DNA of 64,000 nucleotides from SAR86 cluster bacterium (GTDB taxonomy: Bacteria > Pseudomonadota > Gammaproteobacteria > Magnimaribacterales > TMED112): positions 796,156-860,155 of the forward strand of contig CP097967.1 in NCBI GenBank assembly GCA_023703535.1, given 5' to 3'. Shown in pieces: positions 1-10,211 of the stretch. Made by a program: the position numbers and the translations under genes. The first letter of the stretch is position 1. Every line of letters begins with the position of its first letter. The notes beneath the pieces were generated by a model. The model did not search any database, had not been told where the DNA came from, and worked only from the letters and a program-made list of their open reading frames with translations.

Positions 1-14
1 AGATAAATAATTTA

Positions 15-761
15 TTGCAAACCTTTAAGAAGTTGAGAGACCCATCACAGGGCTGTCCTTGGGATAAGGAACAAGATTTTAAATCAATAGCTAATTGTTC
101 TATTGAGGAGGCATATGAAGTTGCCGATGCTATTGAAAGAGAGGATTTTAATGATTTAAAAGAAGAATTAGGTGATTTATTTTTTCAAATTATTTTTCAT
201 TCGGGCATGGCTGAAGAAAAGAAACTTTTTAATTTTGAAGAAGTTGTTAAAGAATTAAATGATAAATTAATCAGAAGACATCCCCATGTTTTTGACAAGA
301 AGCAAGAAATGAGTGCATCTGAAAGTTTGGAAATTTGGGAGAAAGAAAAAAAGAAGGAAAGAGAGAAAAAAAACTTAATTTCACTGATGGATGATATACC
401 AAAAAATCTTCCAAGCTTAACAAGAGCAAAGAAAATTCAAAAAAGAGCAAAATCTGTTGGTTTTGACTGGCAAAATGAAAGTGATGTTATAAGAAAAATT
501 GATGAAGAGATTGATGAACTAAAAAGAGCAAAGGTTTCTCAAAAAAAAGAGGATATTTCTGAAGAAATTGGTGATCTTTTCTTTACTCTCGTAAATTTAT
601 CAAGGCACTATAATCTCGAACCAGAAGATATTATAAGAAAAGCTAATTTGAAGTTTGAAAAAAGATTTAGAAAAATGGAAGATGAAGCAAACAAAACTAA
701 GGTTAACTTAGAAGATCTTGAAATTAATGAGTTAGAAGCATTATGGCAAAAAATTAAATGA
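15..761 (+). CDS. mazG: Nucleoside triphosphate pyrophosphohydrolase MazG (5' end probably lies upstream of the window)
   Basis: LRDPSQGCPWDKEQ, EEAYEV, EELGDL, KLIRRHPHVF and a second EEIGDL motif. The frame is open back to base 3, so TTG at 15 is unlikely to be the true start. Confidence 0.95.
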   Translation: MQTFKKLRDPSQGCPWDKEQDFKSIANCSIEEAYEVADAIEREDFNDLKEELGDLFFQIIFHSGMAEEKKLFNFEEVVKELNDKLIRRHPHVFDKKQEMSASESLEIWEKEKKKEREKKNLISLMDDIPKNLPSLTRAKKIQKRAKSVGFDWQNESDVIRKIDEEIDELKRAKVSQKKEDISEEIGDLFFTLVNLSRHYNLEPEDIIRKANLKFEKRFRKMEDEANKTKVNLEDLEINELEALWQKIK

Positions 762-1654
762 AAAGATTTTTCATAGGATCAATTACTTTTGTTTTAGTTT
801 TATTTAATGCTATTTGGATAATATTAGCAGTAACTCCTATAGGACTTTTAAGATTTCTCCCCTCAAGGAGAATAAAAATTGGCGTTCTTAAATTTAATGA
901 AAGACTTGGGGAGTATTATTTAAATGGTAATAAATTTATTCAAGATTTGATGCATAAACCAAAATATCGGGTTGAGGGAATGGAGCACTGCAAAATGGAT
1001 GTATGGCAATTTACTACAATTAATCACCTAAGTTGGGCTGACATTTTTTTATTTCTTTACTTCACTAATTTTAAAGCTACCTGTCCAAGAATATTTATGA
1101 AAGCTGAACTTTGGTGGTTGCCAATAACTTGGGCTGCAAATATTGGTTTAGGTATGCCTTTTGTTAAGCGTAGGAAAAAGGAGGATATTATTAAAAATCC
1201 TCAACTTGCTCTCCATGATAAAAACGCAACTATTAAAGCTTGTGAAATTTATAAGCTATTTCCTACAAATGTATGCGGTTTTATTGAAGGCACTAGAATT
1301 GATAAAGAAAAATATGATAATTCAAAAAGTAAGTTTAAAAATCTAATGCCTCCAAAAATTGGTGGCATGGGCTATACCCTTGAGGTAATGCCTTACATTG
1401 ATACTTTGACTGATATTACTTTGATTTATAAATCCTCAAAAAGAACATTTTGGAATTTCTTATGTGGTGATATGAATGAAGCAACTGTGTTGATTAATTC
1501 ATTTGATATCCCAAATCATTTAAGAGGGAAAGATTATTCCGTTGATAATGAAGGTAGAGAAGAATTTAGAAATTTCCTTGAAGAGATTTGGCAAAAGAAG
1601 GATGAAGCAATTGAAAGAGAGAAAAAGAAGTTTGGGATTGAAAAAGTTTTTTAA
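758..1654 (+). CDS. Lysophospholipid acyltransferase (PlsC/YihG-like)
   Basis: NHLSWAD (HX4D) and FIEGTR motifs, N-terminal TM helix; ATGA overlap with mazG. Confidence 0.85.
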   Translation: MKRFFIGSITFVLVLFNAIWIILAVTPIGLLRFLPSRRIKIGVLKFNERLGEYYLNGNKFIQDLMHKPKYRVEGMEHCKMDVWQFTTINHLSWADIFLFLYFTNFKATCPRIFMKAELWWLPITWAANIGLGMPFVKRRKKEDIIKNPQLALHDKNATIKACEIYKLFPTNVCGFIEGTRIDKEKYDNSKSKFKNLMPPKIGGMGYTLEVMPYIDTLTDITLIYKSSKRTFWNFLCGDMNEATVLINSFDIPNHLRGKDYSVDNEGREEFRNFLEEIWQKKDEAIEREKKKFGIEKVF

Positions 1655-3584
1655 GTTATCTCTATTAACAATACTAGTAAGTTGTGCAGCAGAAAATAAG
1701 CCTGAGGTTAATTATGCTGAGGAATTTAAATCGATTTTAGCAGCCTTTGAAAGTTCTTCTATATTAGATTTAGAGAACTCTTATTTTGAAAAAGAGGATT
1801 TTTTAGAGGCTTATCTTGATCAGCTTGATTCACAAAAAAACTATTTTTCCCAAAATGATGTGAGTTTAATTAAAGATTTCAACGAAGAAAATAAAGATAT
1901 CTTTTTAACATTAAATTTAGCTACTAACTCTTTTTACAATATTTATGAGGAATCGCTTAGAGTCAGGAAAAGTTTGCTCAATAAACATAAGTTTGATTTT
2001 GAAAAAATTGAATATGTTGGATTAGAAAATAGAGTTGACTACTTCATTAATGAAGATGAAAGGAAAGATTTTTACAGAAAAATCGTGAAGAACGAATTAC
2101 TAAATCTTCTTATCGAAGATGAAAATTTCAATGAAGCAAAAAATGTTTTAAATAAAAGATATTCAGACAGAATTTCCTACATTAAGAAAACAAGATCAGA
2201 AGATAAATTTTCAGTTTTAGCAAATAATTTCCTTTCACTAATAGATCCTCACGCAACTTATTTCTCAGATAGAGATCTAGATGATTGGAATTTAAGGATG
2301 AACTTGTCTTTTGAAGGGATTGGCGCAGTCTTAAGTTATAAAAATGAAACTGCAAGAATTGAAGAGTTAATGTCTGGAGGGCCAGCTCTGAAATCAAAAG
2401 AGATAAATGTTGGTGACAAGGTGCTTGCTGTTGGGCAAGGAAAAAAAGGGAAACTTACTAATGTAATTGGATGGAGATTAGATGATATTGTTGAAATTAT
2501 CAGGGGTGAGGAAGGTAGTTTCGTAAGACTGAAAATCGAAAATGAAAATGAGAAAAAAATAGTTACTCTCGAAAGAGGACAAATTATTTTAGAAGAAAGT
2601 GATGTCTCCTCAGAAATTATAAATTATGGTGGAAAAAATCTTGGTTATATAAAAGTTCCGTCTTTTTATAGTGATATTGAATGTTTCAGAAATCAGGGAT
2701 TCTCATGTAAAAGTGTTTCTTATGATGTAAGAGACTCTTTATTAGAATTTAACAGAAAAGATATCAATGGAATAGTTATAGACCTTCGAAATAATTCTGG
2801 TGGATATCTGCATGAAGCCGATCAATTAACAAGACTTTTCATTGATTACGGGCCAACTGTCCAAGTTAAAGGGACTGAAGATGATGTCGATGTTTATACA
2901 GCCTGGAGATCAATTAAAACTTGGAATAAGCCAATGATTGTTTTAGTAAATAAATTTTCTGCATCTGCATCTGAAATTTTTGCTGGAGCAATACAAGATT
3001 ACAACAGGGGTTTAATTATTGGTCAAAATACTTTTGGAAAAGGAAGTGTTCAAGGATTTAAAAAAACAAATCTAGGTCAAATCAAACTTACTGAGTCACT
3101 TTATTATCGTGTGACTGGCAAGCCAACTCAGATTTTTGGAGTACAGCCAAATCTTGAAATACCAACTTTACTAGATGTTGAAGAATTTGGAGAAAGCAAA
3201 TATTCTGCAGCCATTAAACCAACAACAATATCTGAAGCTGCTTTTTTTAAAAAGACAGCAATAAATGAAAGCAAATACAAAAAAATTCTTGATCAAAATA
3301 TTGCTGAATCTTCATACTATCAATCACTTAGTGATATTAAAAAATCTAGAGGAGTACAAAAGACTAAACTTTCTTTAAATCTTGAGGAAAGAAAGCAGAT
3401 TTATAAAGACAATAGAGCGAATTCACTAGAATTAGTAAATCAAAGAAGAAGCTTATCTAACCTCGAGCCATTTTCATCATATGAGGACTTTGAGAATTTT
3501 ATTGATGATGAAGACTTTGAAATCGATGCTGAAATTGATCAATCAGCTAAAATTCTATATGAGATAATTGAGACAAAAATCTAA
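1638..3584 (+). CDS. prc: Carboxy-terminal processing (tail-specific) protease, S41 family, probable lipoprotein
   Basis: PDZ region (GIGAVL), DLRNNSGG, SASASEIFAGAIQDY, GKGSVQ. Likely start is TTG at 1638 (LKKFFKLSLLTILVSC lipobox) rather than 1542. Confidence 0.9.
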   Translation: MKKFFKLSLLTILVSCAAENKPEVNYAEEFKSILAAFESSSILDLENSYFEKEDFLEAYLDQLDSQKNYFSQNDVSLIKDFNEENKDIFLTLNLATNSFYNIYEESLRVRKSLLNKHKFDFEKIEYVGLENRVDYFINEDERKDFYRKIVKNELLNLLIEDENFNEAKNVLNKRYSDRISYIKKTRSEDKFSVLANNFLSLIDPHATYFSDRDLDDWNLRMNLSFEGIGAVLSYKNETARIEELMSGGPALKSKEINVGDKVLAVGQGKKGKLTNVIGWRLDDIVEIIRGEEGSFVRLKIENENEKKIVTLERGQIILEESDVSSEIINYGGKNLGYIKVPSFYSDIECFRNQGFSCKSVSYDVRDSLLEFNRKDINGIVIDLRNNSGGYLHEADQLTRLFIDYGPTVQVKGTEDDVDVYTAWRSIKTWNKPMIVLVNKFSASASEIFAGAIQDYNRGLIIGQNTFGKGSVQGFKKTNLGQIKLTESLYYRVTGKPTQIFGVQPNLEIPTLLDVEEFGESKYSAAIKPTTISEAAFFKKTAINESKYKKILDQNIAESSYYQSLSDIKKSRGVQKTKLSLNLEERKQIYKDNRANSLELVNQRRSLSNLEPFSSYEDFENFIDDEDFEIDAEIDQSAKILYEIIETKI

Positions 3585-4384
3585 TGAAAATAATATCTTT
3601 TAATATCAACGGTATGAGGGCTAGACCACATCAGCTTGAGGAAATAAAGAAAAAATATGATCCAGATGTAATAGCTTTACAAGAAATTAAAGTAAGTGAT
3701 GAGGATTTTCCTCCTGAAATTCCTGAGAGCTTAGGCTTCAAGTATTTTAATTATGGGCAAAAATCTTTTCATGGTGTTGCGATTTTTTCTAAAGAGGAAC
3801 CGATTAAAGTAGTCAAGGGCTTAGATGGCGGTAAAGACGAAGAACAAAAAAGATTTATTCAATGTGATTACGAAACTGAAATAGGCACAATTTCAATATG
3901 TAATTCCTACTTTCCTCAAGGTGAAAACCGTAAACATCCATTAAAATTTCCCTATAAAGATAGATATTACAAAAGAATTACTGAGTACTTATCAGGGTTA
4001 GATAATCATATTGTCCTAACAGGAGATTTTAATATTGCACCAAACCGTAATGACATTGGGATGAATGAGGATGGGATTAAGAGATGGTTACGTGAGGGTC
4101 ATACTGCCTTTTTACCTGAAGAGCTGGAATGGTATGAAAAACTCACAAATATCGGTCTTAAAGATGTCTGGAGAGAGAAAAATAGTGAATCTCTGAAATG
4201 TACCTGGTTTGATTACAGATCTAGAGGCTTCGATCAAAATCCCAAAAGAGGTTTAAGAATTGACCATTTCTTACTTTCTGAAGGACTTCAAGATAAGTAT
4301 GTTTCATCAGAAATAGATCACGAGATAAGGGCGATGGAAAAGCCATCAGATCACTGTCCTGTCTCTTTAGAAATAAAAGTTTAG
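3584..4384 (+). CDS. xthA: Exodeoxyribonuclease III / AP endonuclease
   Basis: SFNINGMRAR, LQEIK, YFPQGE, GDFNIAP, GLRIDH, SDHCP motifs. Confidence 0.95.
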   Translation: MKIISFNINGMRARPHQLEEIKKKYDPDVIALQEIKVSDEDFPPEIPESLGFKYFNYGQKSFHGVAIFSKEEPIKVVKGLDGGKDEEQKRFIQCDYETEIGTISICNSYFPQGENRKHPLKFPYKDRYYKRITEYLSGLDNHIVLTGDFNIAPNRNDIGMNEDGIKRWLREGHTAFLPEELEWYEKLTNIGLKDVWREKNSESLKCTWFDYRSRGFDQNPKRGLRIDHFLLSEGLQDKYVSSEIDHEIRAMEKPSDHCPVSLEIKV

Positions 4385-4390
4385 CGCAGC

Positions 4391-4696
4391 CTAAAAAATC
4401 TTGTGCTTGCCTTTCAGGATTTCCCAAAACATCATATAGTCGCTAAGCAAGCTGTAAAAGGGATAGGTAAATGTTGCTGGTTTATTTTTTTCAACAAAAA
4501 AATGACTTACCCATGCAAATCCATAACCAGAAAGTAAGGCGAAAACAAAATTTATAGGCTCAAGCGTGATGACTAATCTGATAATAAAAAAAATTGAAAG
4601 CGCTGTTCCAATAAAATGAAATAGCTTTGTTGTTTTATCTGAATGTTCAGTTAGATAATACGGATAAAATTCTTTTAAAGTTTTATATTTTTTCAC
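4391..4696 (-). CDS. DUF962/Mpo1-like small membrane protein
   Basis: FYPYYLTEH, HFIGT, GYGFAWVSHFFVEKNKPATF pattern; GTG start. Confidence 0.85.
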   Translation of the reverse strand: MKKYKTLKEFYPYYLTEHSDKTTKLFHFIGTALSIFFIIRLVITLEPINFVFALLSGYGFAWVSHFFVEKNKPATFTYPFYSLLSDYMMFWEILKGKHKIF

Positions 4697-4702
4697 AATT
4701 AA

Positions 4703-4711
4703 ATTATAACA
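4703..4711 (-). promoter_or_regulatory. Extended -10 promoter (TGTTATAAT) 6 nt before the GTG of the DUF962 gene; leaderless-type
   Basis: Minus strand reads TGTTATAAT-TTAATT-GTG; no Shine-Dalgarno between. Confidence 0.55.
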
Positions 4712-4762
4712 ATCCTTTATTGTATTTTAGTAAAAAAGTTATAGATAAACTAAAATACAAGA

Positions 4763-6907
4763 ATGAAAAATCATCTTATTATAGTCTCAGTCTTATCTCT
4801 TCTAAGTGGCTTAATTTTAGCTCAAGAAGATGTTCAAATTATTAAACCAGGTGCGCCTGGACAAAGTAGTGAAATCATTGGAGAAGAACAAGCTATCCAA
4901 ATTGCTGACTCCTCATACATTAAAGCTGATGTTGACTTTCTGCAGGGTATGATAATGCATCATGAGCAAGCAGTATTAATGTCTTCCTACGTGCAGTCCA
5001 GAACAAATTCAAAAAATATTAATGATTTAGCAGGCAGAATTGACGCTTCACAAAAAGATGAAATTGATTTTATGCAATCCTGGTTAAGTGATAGAGATGA
5101 AAAAACAATGGGCATGATGAAAATGATGAAAGGTATGGCAACTGATTATCAATTAGAACAATTGAGAGGTTCAGTAGGAGTTGAGTTTGATCGTCAATTT
5201 TTACAACTAATGATTAATCACCATGATGGTGCGGTAGAGATGGTTAAAGACCTAAGAGACTATCGTGGTTCGGCCTACGATCCAGTCTTAAATCAATTTG
5301 TCTCAGATCTTGTTAATGATCAGGGAGTTGAAATAGAGAGAATGAATCTTCTTCTTACAGGCCTTTCAACTGATCCAAGAGCAGGTTTATCAGCGGGTTT
5401 ATACACAGCTGAAGAAGCCATTTTAAATTTAGAATTAGTTGCCACATTGAAAAAGCCAACTGGTTTTTATGATCCTAAGAACCCTGAAATGAAAGGTTCA
5501 GAAGATGCTGACTCAAAAGATGATGATGAAGTATTAACTATTGAGGAGGCTTCAAGAAAACTAAGATCTCCAATGCTTTCCTTTTCAAATACTGATATGG
5601 CATTTAAAGATAATCTTTTGGTAGCTGGTAGTTACCATGGATTTAATATTTATGAACTTCAAGATAATGGCATACCAAACCTCATTACATCAGTAGTTTG
5701 TCCAGGAGGACAAGGCGATGTTTCAGTTGTAGAGAATATTTTAATTATGTCTGTTGAAGAAACTAGAGGTCGTGTAGATTGCGGCCTTGATGGAGTTGGA
5801 CCAGATGCAAGTCCAGAGCGCTTCAGGGGTATTAGAATTTTTGATATCTCAAATATTAAGAAGCCTAAACAAGTAGGTGCCGTCCAAACATGTAGAGGGT
5901 CACATACTCACTCTGTGGTTGCTGGACCGACTGCAGATAACAAAATTATTGTTTATAACTCTGGAACAGGGAGAGTTAGAGAAGAGGATGAACTGGATGG
6001 ATGCATTGGTAATATTGCTGGTGACACTCGCACAGCCTACTTCAGTATTGATGTTATAGAAATCCCTATAAATGATCCTGCGAGCTCAAGAATAGTAAGC
6101 AGTCCAAGAGTTTTTGCTGATAATGATAAGGGGATTATTGCTGGCCTGTGGAGAGGCGGTGACCATGGAGACGGAACCCAAGATACAAGACCTACGAATC
6201 AATGTCACGATATAACAGTATTTCCTTCTGCAGGAATTGCAGCAGGAGCATGCTCAGGAAATGGAATTTTATTTGATATTTCTGATCCTTATAAACCCAC
6301 AAGAATAGATGCAGTAACAGATCCAGGTTTTGCTTACTGGCATTCAGCAACATTCAATAATGACGGTACTAAAGTTGTATTTACAGATGAATGGGGTGGC
6401 GGTGGTCGAGCAAGATGCCGAGCTTGGGATCCACTTACATGGGGTGCAGATGCAATCTACGATATTGTTGATGGCAAACTAATATTTAAAAGTCATTATA
6501 AGATGCCAGCTCCACAATCAGAATCAGAAAATTGTGTTGCACATAATGGCTCAATCATTCCAATTCCTAACAGAGATATATTTGTTCAAGCTTGGTATCA
6601 AGGCGGGATGTCAATAATGGACTTTACTGACTCATCTAACCCAGTGGAAATAGCTTATTTTGATAGAGGTCCAATTTTTAAAGATACTCTTACGACTGGT
6701 GGATATTGGTCAACATATTTCTATGAAGGGTTCATTTACGGAACTGAAATAACAAGAGGTTTAGATGTTTTTAAACTAAAGCCTAGTGAATTTTTAAGTA
6801 AGGAAGAGATAGCAGCAGCAGCTAAAGCTCGACCAGTACTTGGTCCAGATAGAGTGTTTAATCCACAACAACAAGTTCCACTGACTTGGCCTGCAGGCTT
6901 GCAATAA
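4763..6907 (+). CDS. Secreted DUF305 (ferritin-like) plus LVIVD beta-propeller fusion protein
   Basis: Signal peptide; DUF305 motifs FLQGMIMHHEQA and FLQLMINHHDGA; C-terminal CPGGQGDVSV, CRGSHTH, CHDITV, WHSATFNNDG, CVAHNG, EIAYFDRG. Confidence 0.8.
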   Translation: MKNHLIIVSVLSLLSGLILAQEDVQIIKPGAPGQSSEIIGEEQAIQIADSSYIKADVDFLQGMIMHHEQAVLMSSYVQSRTNSKNINDLAGRIDASQKDEIDFMQSWLSDRDEKTMGMMKMMKGMATDYQLEQLRGSVGVEFDRQFLQLMINHHDGAVEMVKDLRDYRGSAYDPVLNQFVSDLVNDQGVEIERMNLLLTGLSTDPRAGLSAGLYTAEEAILNLELVATLKKPTGFYDPKNPEMKGSEDADSKDDDEVLTIEEASRKLRSPMLSFSNTDMAFKDNLLVAGSYHGFNIYELQDNGIPNLITSVVCPGGQGDVSVVENILIMSVEETRGRVDCGLDGVGPDASPERFRGIRIFDISNIKKPKQVGAVQTCRGSHTHSVVAGPTADNKIIVYNSGTGRVREEDELDGCIGNIAGDTRTAYFSIDVIEIPINDPASSRIVSSPRVFADNDKGIIAGLWRGGDHGDGTQDTRPTNQCHDITVFPSAGIAAGACSGNGILFDISDPYKPTRIDAVTDPGFAYWHSATFNNDGTKVVFTDEWGGGGRARCRAWDPLTWGADAIYDIVDGKLIFKSHYKMPAPQSESENCVAHNGSIIPIPNRDIFVQAWYQGGMSIMDFTDSSNPVEIAYFDRGPIFKDTLTTGGYWSTYFYEGFIYGTEITRGLDVFKLKPSEFLSKEEIAAAAKARPVLGPDRVFNPQQQVPLTWPAGLQ

Positions 6908-6945
6908 TTTTTCATTTCTTATAATTTTTTTATATAAGGAAAATT

Positions 6946-7260
6946 ATGAAAAAACTTTTTTTTACATTACTTGTTATTGCAACATCTATGATTTCTTTTG
7001 CTGATGATCATAAAGAAAAAAAAGATGTTGATATGAAAAAAATAAAGAGTGAATTAGGTTACTGGGAAGCTAAAGATTGCAAGGCAGTCAGTGATGCTGC
7101 TGGCTTAATGCTTTACCTTTCTTATCAAAGTTTAGAAGATTCTGATAAGTTTAAAAAAGAGGGTAATAAAAGAAAGGCAGATGAGCTTGCAAGTGAAGGT
7201 GTTGTCTTGGCTCAGCTTGCAGCTGATTATGCAACTACTTTTAGTGCTTTTTGCAAATAA
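6946..7260 (+). CDS. Small secreted hypothetical protein (predicted mature N-terminus DDH, two Cys)
   Basis: Signal peptide ending SFA; SD-like AAGGA upstream; 104 aa. Confidence 0.75.
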   Translation: MKKLFFTLLVIATSMISFADDHKEKKDVDMKKIKSELGYWEAKDCKAVSDAAGLMLYLSYQSLEDSDKFKKEGNKRKADELASEGVVLAQLAADYATTFSAFCK

Positions 7261-7263
7261 AAA

Positions 7264-8133
7264 TTAAAGACGAATTGTTAAACCAACTCTGAAGTTCCAA
7301 AAATCATCATCGCCACTAATGCTGGTTGGTCTTTGAGCATCTAAAGGGGTAAATGAACTCGCAACTCCTATGTTCCAATTTTCACTAATGTCATAGTGAA
7401 AACCAAAACTAAAAGTTTGTGTTGTGCCACTTGAATAAATAGTTACCATTTCTCTTCCTATTTCAAGAGGTGCGTCTATTTCAACAAAGTTATCCAGGTT
7501 ACTAGTTGCAAAAGATATCCAAGGATGAATTTCAGATGAGCTATTAAAGGATAGAAAAAGCTCTGCTCCCTCATGATCCATTTGTAATTTATCATCTGAC
7601 AGACCTACACATCCAGAGTTATTCTGAGGAGTATAAGGAGCGTATTTAATTTTATCTTCGTCGCATGTGACACTTGCTACTGCCCCTCCTCTTAGTAAAA
7701 ATAAACGTAATCCCAAAGCAACTTTTTCATTATTTATCAATGGCCTTGATAATGCAGCACCCCATAACCCAACTGGCTTAGCGCCATCAATTTCAAGGGG
7801 TGGCGTCCATGACATTTCGGCGTTTAAATTCCAAGGTAATCCAAAATTTGCTCTTAATCTTCCAAAGGCAGGAGATTTATTTAAATCTTCATCTTTCAAA
7901 CCGCCGAAGCCAATTTTTTGCTGCTCTTCAGTAAGATGAGGTATAGAGCTAAGCTCTGCTGAAATTGAAATATCACCAAAATCTACTGAGTGAGGTGGCA
8001 TTTGCCCCAGATTTTGTGCTGAAGTTGTCATGAAAGCCATGCCCCATCCTTCTGGGCTATCAATATCAACCTCCTGATTGCTAAATAGAAAATTCGAAAA
8101 TAATACTGCAAAAATTAATTTAAATTTTTTCAT
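7264..8133 (-). CDS. Secreted hypothetical protein, possible outer-membrane beta-barrel
   Basis: Signal peptide; alternating hydrophobic strands ending WNFRVGLTIRL. Confidence 0.6.
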   Translation of the reverse strand: MKKFKLIFAVLFSNFLFSNQEVDIDSPEGWGMAFMTTSAQNLGQMPPHSVDFGDISISAELSSIPHLTEEQQKIGFGGLKDEDLNKSPAFGRLRANFGLPWNLNAEMSWTPPLEIDGAKPVGLWGAALSRPLINNEKVALGLRLFLLRGGAVASVTCDEDKIKYAPYTPQNNSGCVGLSDDKLQMDHEGAELFLSFNSSSEIHPWISFATSNLDNFVEIDAPLEIGREMVTIYSSGTTQTFSFGFHYDISENWNIGVASSFTPLDAQRPTSISGDDDFWNFRVGLTIRL

Positions 8134-8229
8134 ATGAATGCTTAATAAAAATTGGATTATATTTGTTACCTATTTTTGAATATTTTGTCACAATAAATTT
8201 AGATAATAAAATTAATCATAGGAGAAAGT

Positions 8230-8679
8230 ATGACAAAATTTTTAATACAGTTTTCTTTAATTTTTTGTATTTCTATTTTGGCGGATGATCATATAGATGC
8301 AAATGCAAAATTTTCTGAGTGTAAGGGTAAGGTGGCGAACTACTATTTATCAAATTTGATAGATGGTGGTAGTGTTGAAGGATGGCTCAAAGCAGCCGCA
8401 ATGCATGAAAAATACTATAACGATCGTAACTTTAAGGTTGAGGTACTTACCGAAATGCAATATTCAGTTGATGAAGATGGTAATGTTTCCGATAAATTTG
8501 TATCTCTCGATACTTTAGTTGTTTGGAATAGTCTTAGTGCTAGAAATGAATTTCAAAAATATTTGGATAATAGAAGTTCTGAGCAAATAGAGAAGGATGA
8601 AAAAGAATTTTCTGCTTTTGTAAATCTTTATGAAAAGAATACAAAAGTTACTGAAAGAAAAAGACTCTGCATGTTATAG
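8230..8679 (+). CDS. Secreted hypothetical protein (predicted mature N-terminus DDH, two Cys)
   Basis: AGGAG SD; signal peptide ending ILA; 149 aa. Confidence 0.75.
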   Translation: MTKFLIQFSLIFCISILADDHIDANAKFSECKGKVANYYLSNLIDGGSVEGWLKAAAMHEKYYNDRNFKVEVLTEMQYSVDEDGNVSDKFVSLDTLVVWNSLSARNEFQKYLDNRSSEQIEKDEKEFSAFVNLYEKNTKVTERKRLCML

Positions 8680-8687
8680 GCAAATTT

Positions 8688-10211
8688 TTATTCCCACTCA
8701 ATAGTTGCTGGTGGTTTGGAAGTTACATCGTACACTACCCTACTTATACCACCTACTTCGTTAACTATTCGTGTTGAGACGTGTTGAATGAATTCATTTG
8801 GTAGATTAGAGACATTTGCTGTCATAAAATCTGTTGTTTCTACAGATCTCAAACCAATCACATCTGCGTAAATTCTATTATCTCCCACCACCCCAACGGA
8901 TTTTATTGGCAAATAGAAAGCATACGCTTGGCTAGCTTGATCATAAAGGTCATGCTTTTTAAGCTCAGATAAAAAGATATGATCTGCTTCTCTTAACTTC
9001 TCACATCTCTCCTCAGTTATTTCACCGATTATTCTTATGCCTAAACCAGGTCCAGGAAATGGATGTCTGCCTATTATTTCATTAGGTAGATCAATTGCCT
9101 TGCCAATTTTTCTAACCTCATCTTTAAACAACATCCTAAATGGTTCCAGCAATTTAAGATTCATCCTCTCTGGCAAACCCCCAACATTATGATGGGACTT
9201 TATTACTTTAGCTTTTGATTTTGAATTACCGGCAGACTCTATGACATCAGGATAAATTGTACCTTGTGCAAGCCAAACAATATCCTCATAGTTCTTTGCT
9301 TGCTCCTCAAAGACTTCGATAAAGGTTTTGCCAATTATTTTTCGTTTTTCTTCTGGATCTTTAATGCCTTTAAGGGCGCTAAGAAATCTATCCTGTGCAT
9401 TAACTAGATTAACTTCAAGGCCAATCTTTTCTGCTAGATTCTGGACGACATTTTGAGCCTCATTTTTTCTTAAAAGGCCATGATCAACCATTACACAAAT
9501 GAGTCTTTCACCTAAACTTTTGTAAAGCACACTAGCCAACACAGTAGAATCAACACCACCACTTAAAGCTAATAAAACTTTGCCATCTTGTACTTTTGTA
9601 TCTACTTCATCAGCAATAGTTTTTAAAATATCCTCTTCAGTCCATCTTCTCTCTACATCACATTCTTTAATAAAGTTATCTATAATTTCTAATCCTTTTT
9701 TTGTATGTGTTACTTCAGGATGGAACTGAAGTCCGAAATATTTTTTTTCACTGTTTTCAAATGCTGCTATTGGTGAATTATCAGATACCGCCACTGTCTC
9801 GTAACCATCTGGTAAAGAAGTCACTTTGTCGCCATGAGACATCCAAACATCTAAATTCTTATCTAAATTAGAAAATAAAGATGATTTATTTTGAAGAGAG
9901 ACCTGTGCATAACCAAATTCTTTCTTCCCTTCATTCTCAACACTCCCCCCTTCCTGAAAAGCTAGAACCTGCATCCCATAACAGATTCCTAAGACTGGTT
10001 TATTCGAATTAAAAATAGATTCATTAATAGTTGGATTTCCCTCTATATTTGATGTTTCCGGGCCTCCAGATAAGATGAAACCTTGTACTTCATCTAGTGC
10101 AGGAAGCTCATCCCAAGGGCAGACTTCTGAGTAAACTTTTAATTCTCTAAGTCTGCGTGCGATGAGTTGAGTGTATTGAGAGCCAAAATCAACAACTAAG
10201 ATTTTTTCCAT
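8688..10211 (-). CDS. guaA: GMP synthase (glutamine-hydrolysing)
   Basis: DFGSQYTQLIARR, GICYGMQ, QFHPEV, SGGVDS, IKSHHNVGGLP, KPPATIEWE. Confidence 0.99.
   Translation of the reverse strand: MEKILVVDFGSQYTQLIARRLRELKVYSEVCPWDELPALDEVQGFILSGGPETSNIEGNPTINESIFNSNKPVLGICYGMQVLAFQEGGSVENEGKKEFGYAQVSLQNKSSLFSNLDKNLDVWMSHGDKVTSLPDGYETVAVSDNSPIAAFENSEKKYFGLQFHPEVTHTKKGLEIIDNFIKECDVERRWTEEDILKTIADEVDTKVQDGKVLLALSGGVDSTVLASVLYKSLGERLICVMVDHGLLRKNEAQNVVQNLAEKIGLEVNLVNAQDRFLSALKGIKDPEEKRKIIGKTFIEVFEEQAKNYEDIVWLAQGTIYPDVIESAGNSKSKAKVIKSHHNVGGLPERMNLKLLEPFRMLFKDEVRKIGKAIDLPNEIIGRHPFPGPGLGIRIIGEITEERCEKLREADHIFLSELKKHDLYDQASQAYAFYLPIKSVGVVGDNRIYADVIGLRSVETTDFMTANVSNLPNEFIQHVSTRIVNEVGGISRVVYDVTSKPPATIEWE

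Noticed and set aside
15-761. MazG as part of a toxin-antitoxin or abortive-infection module
   Set aside because: Ordinary two-domain MazG among core genes; no mazEF seen.
1542-1637. N-terminal extensions given by the ORF track for prc (also queC, legC, neuC, neuA, ptmA, wbuX)
   Set aside because: They overlap upstream genes; downstream starts fit SD, lipobox or ATGA coupling better.
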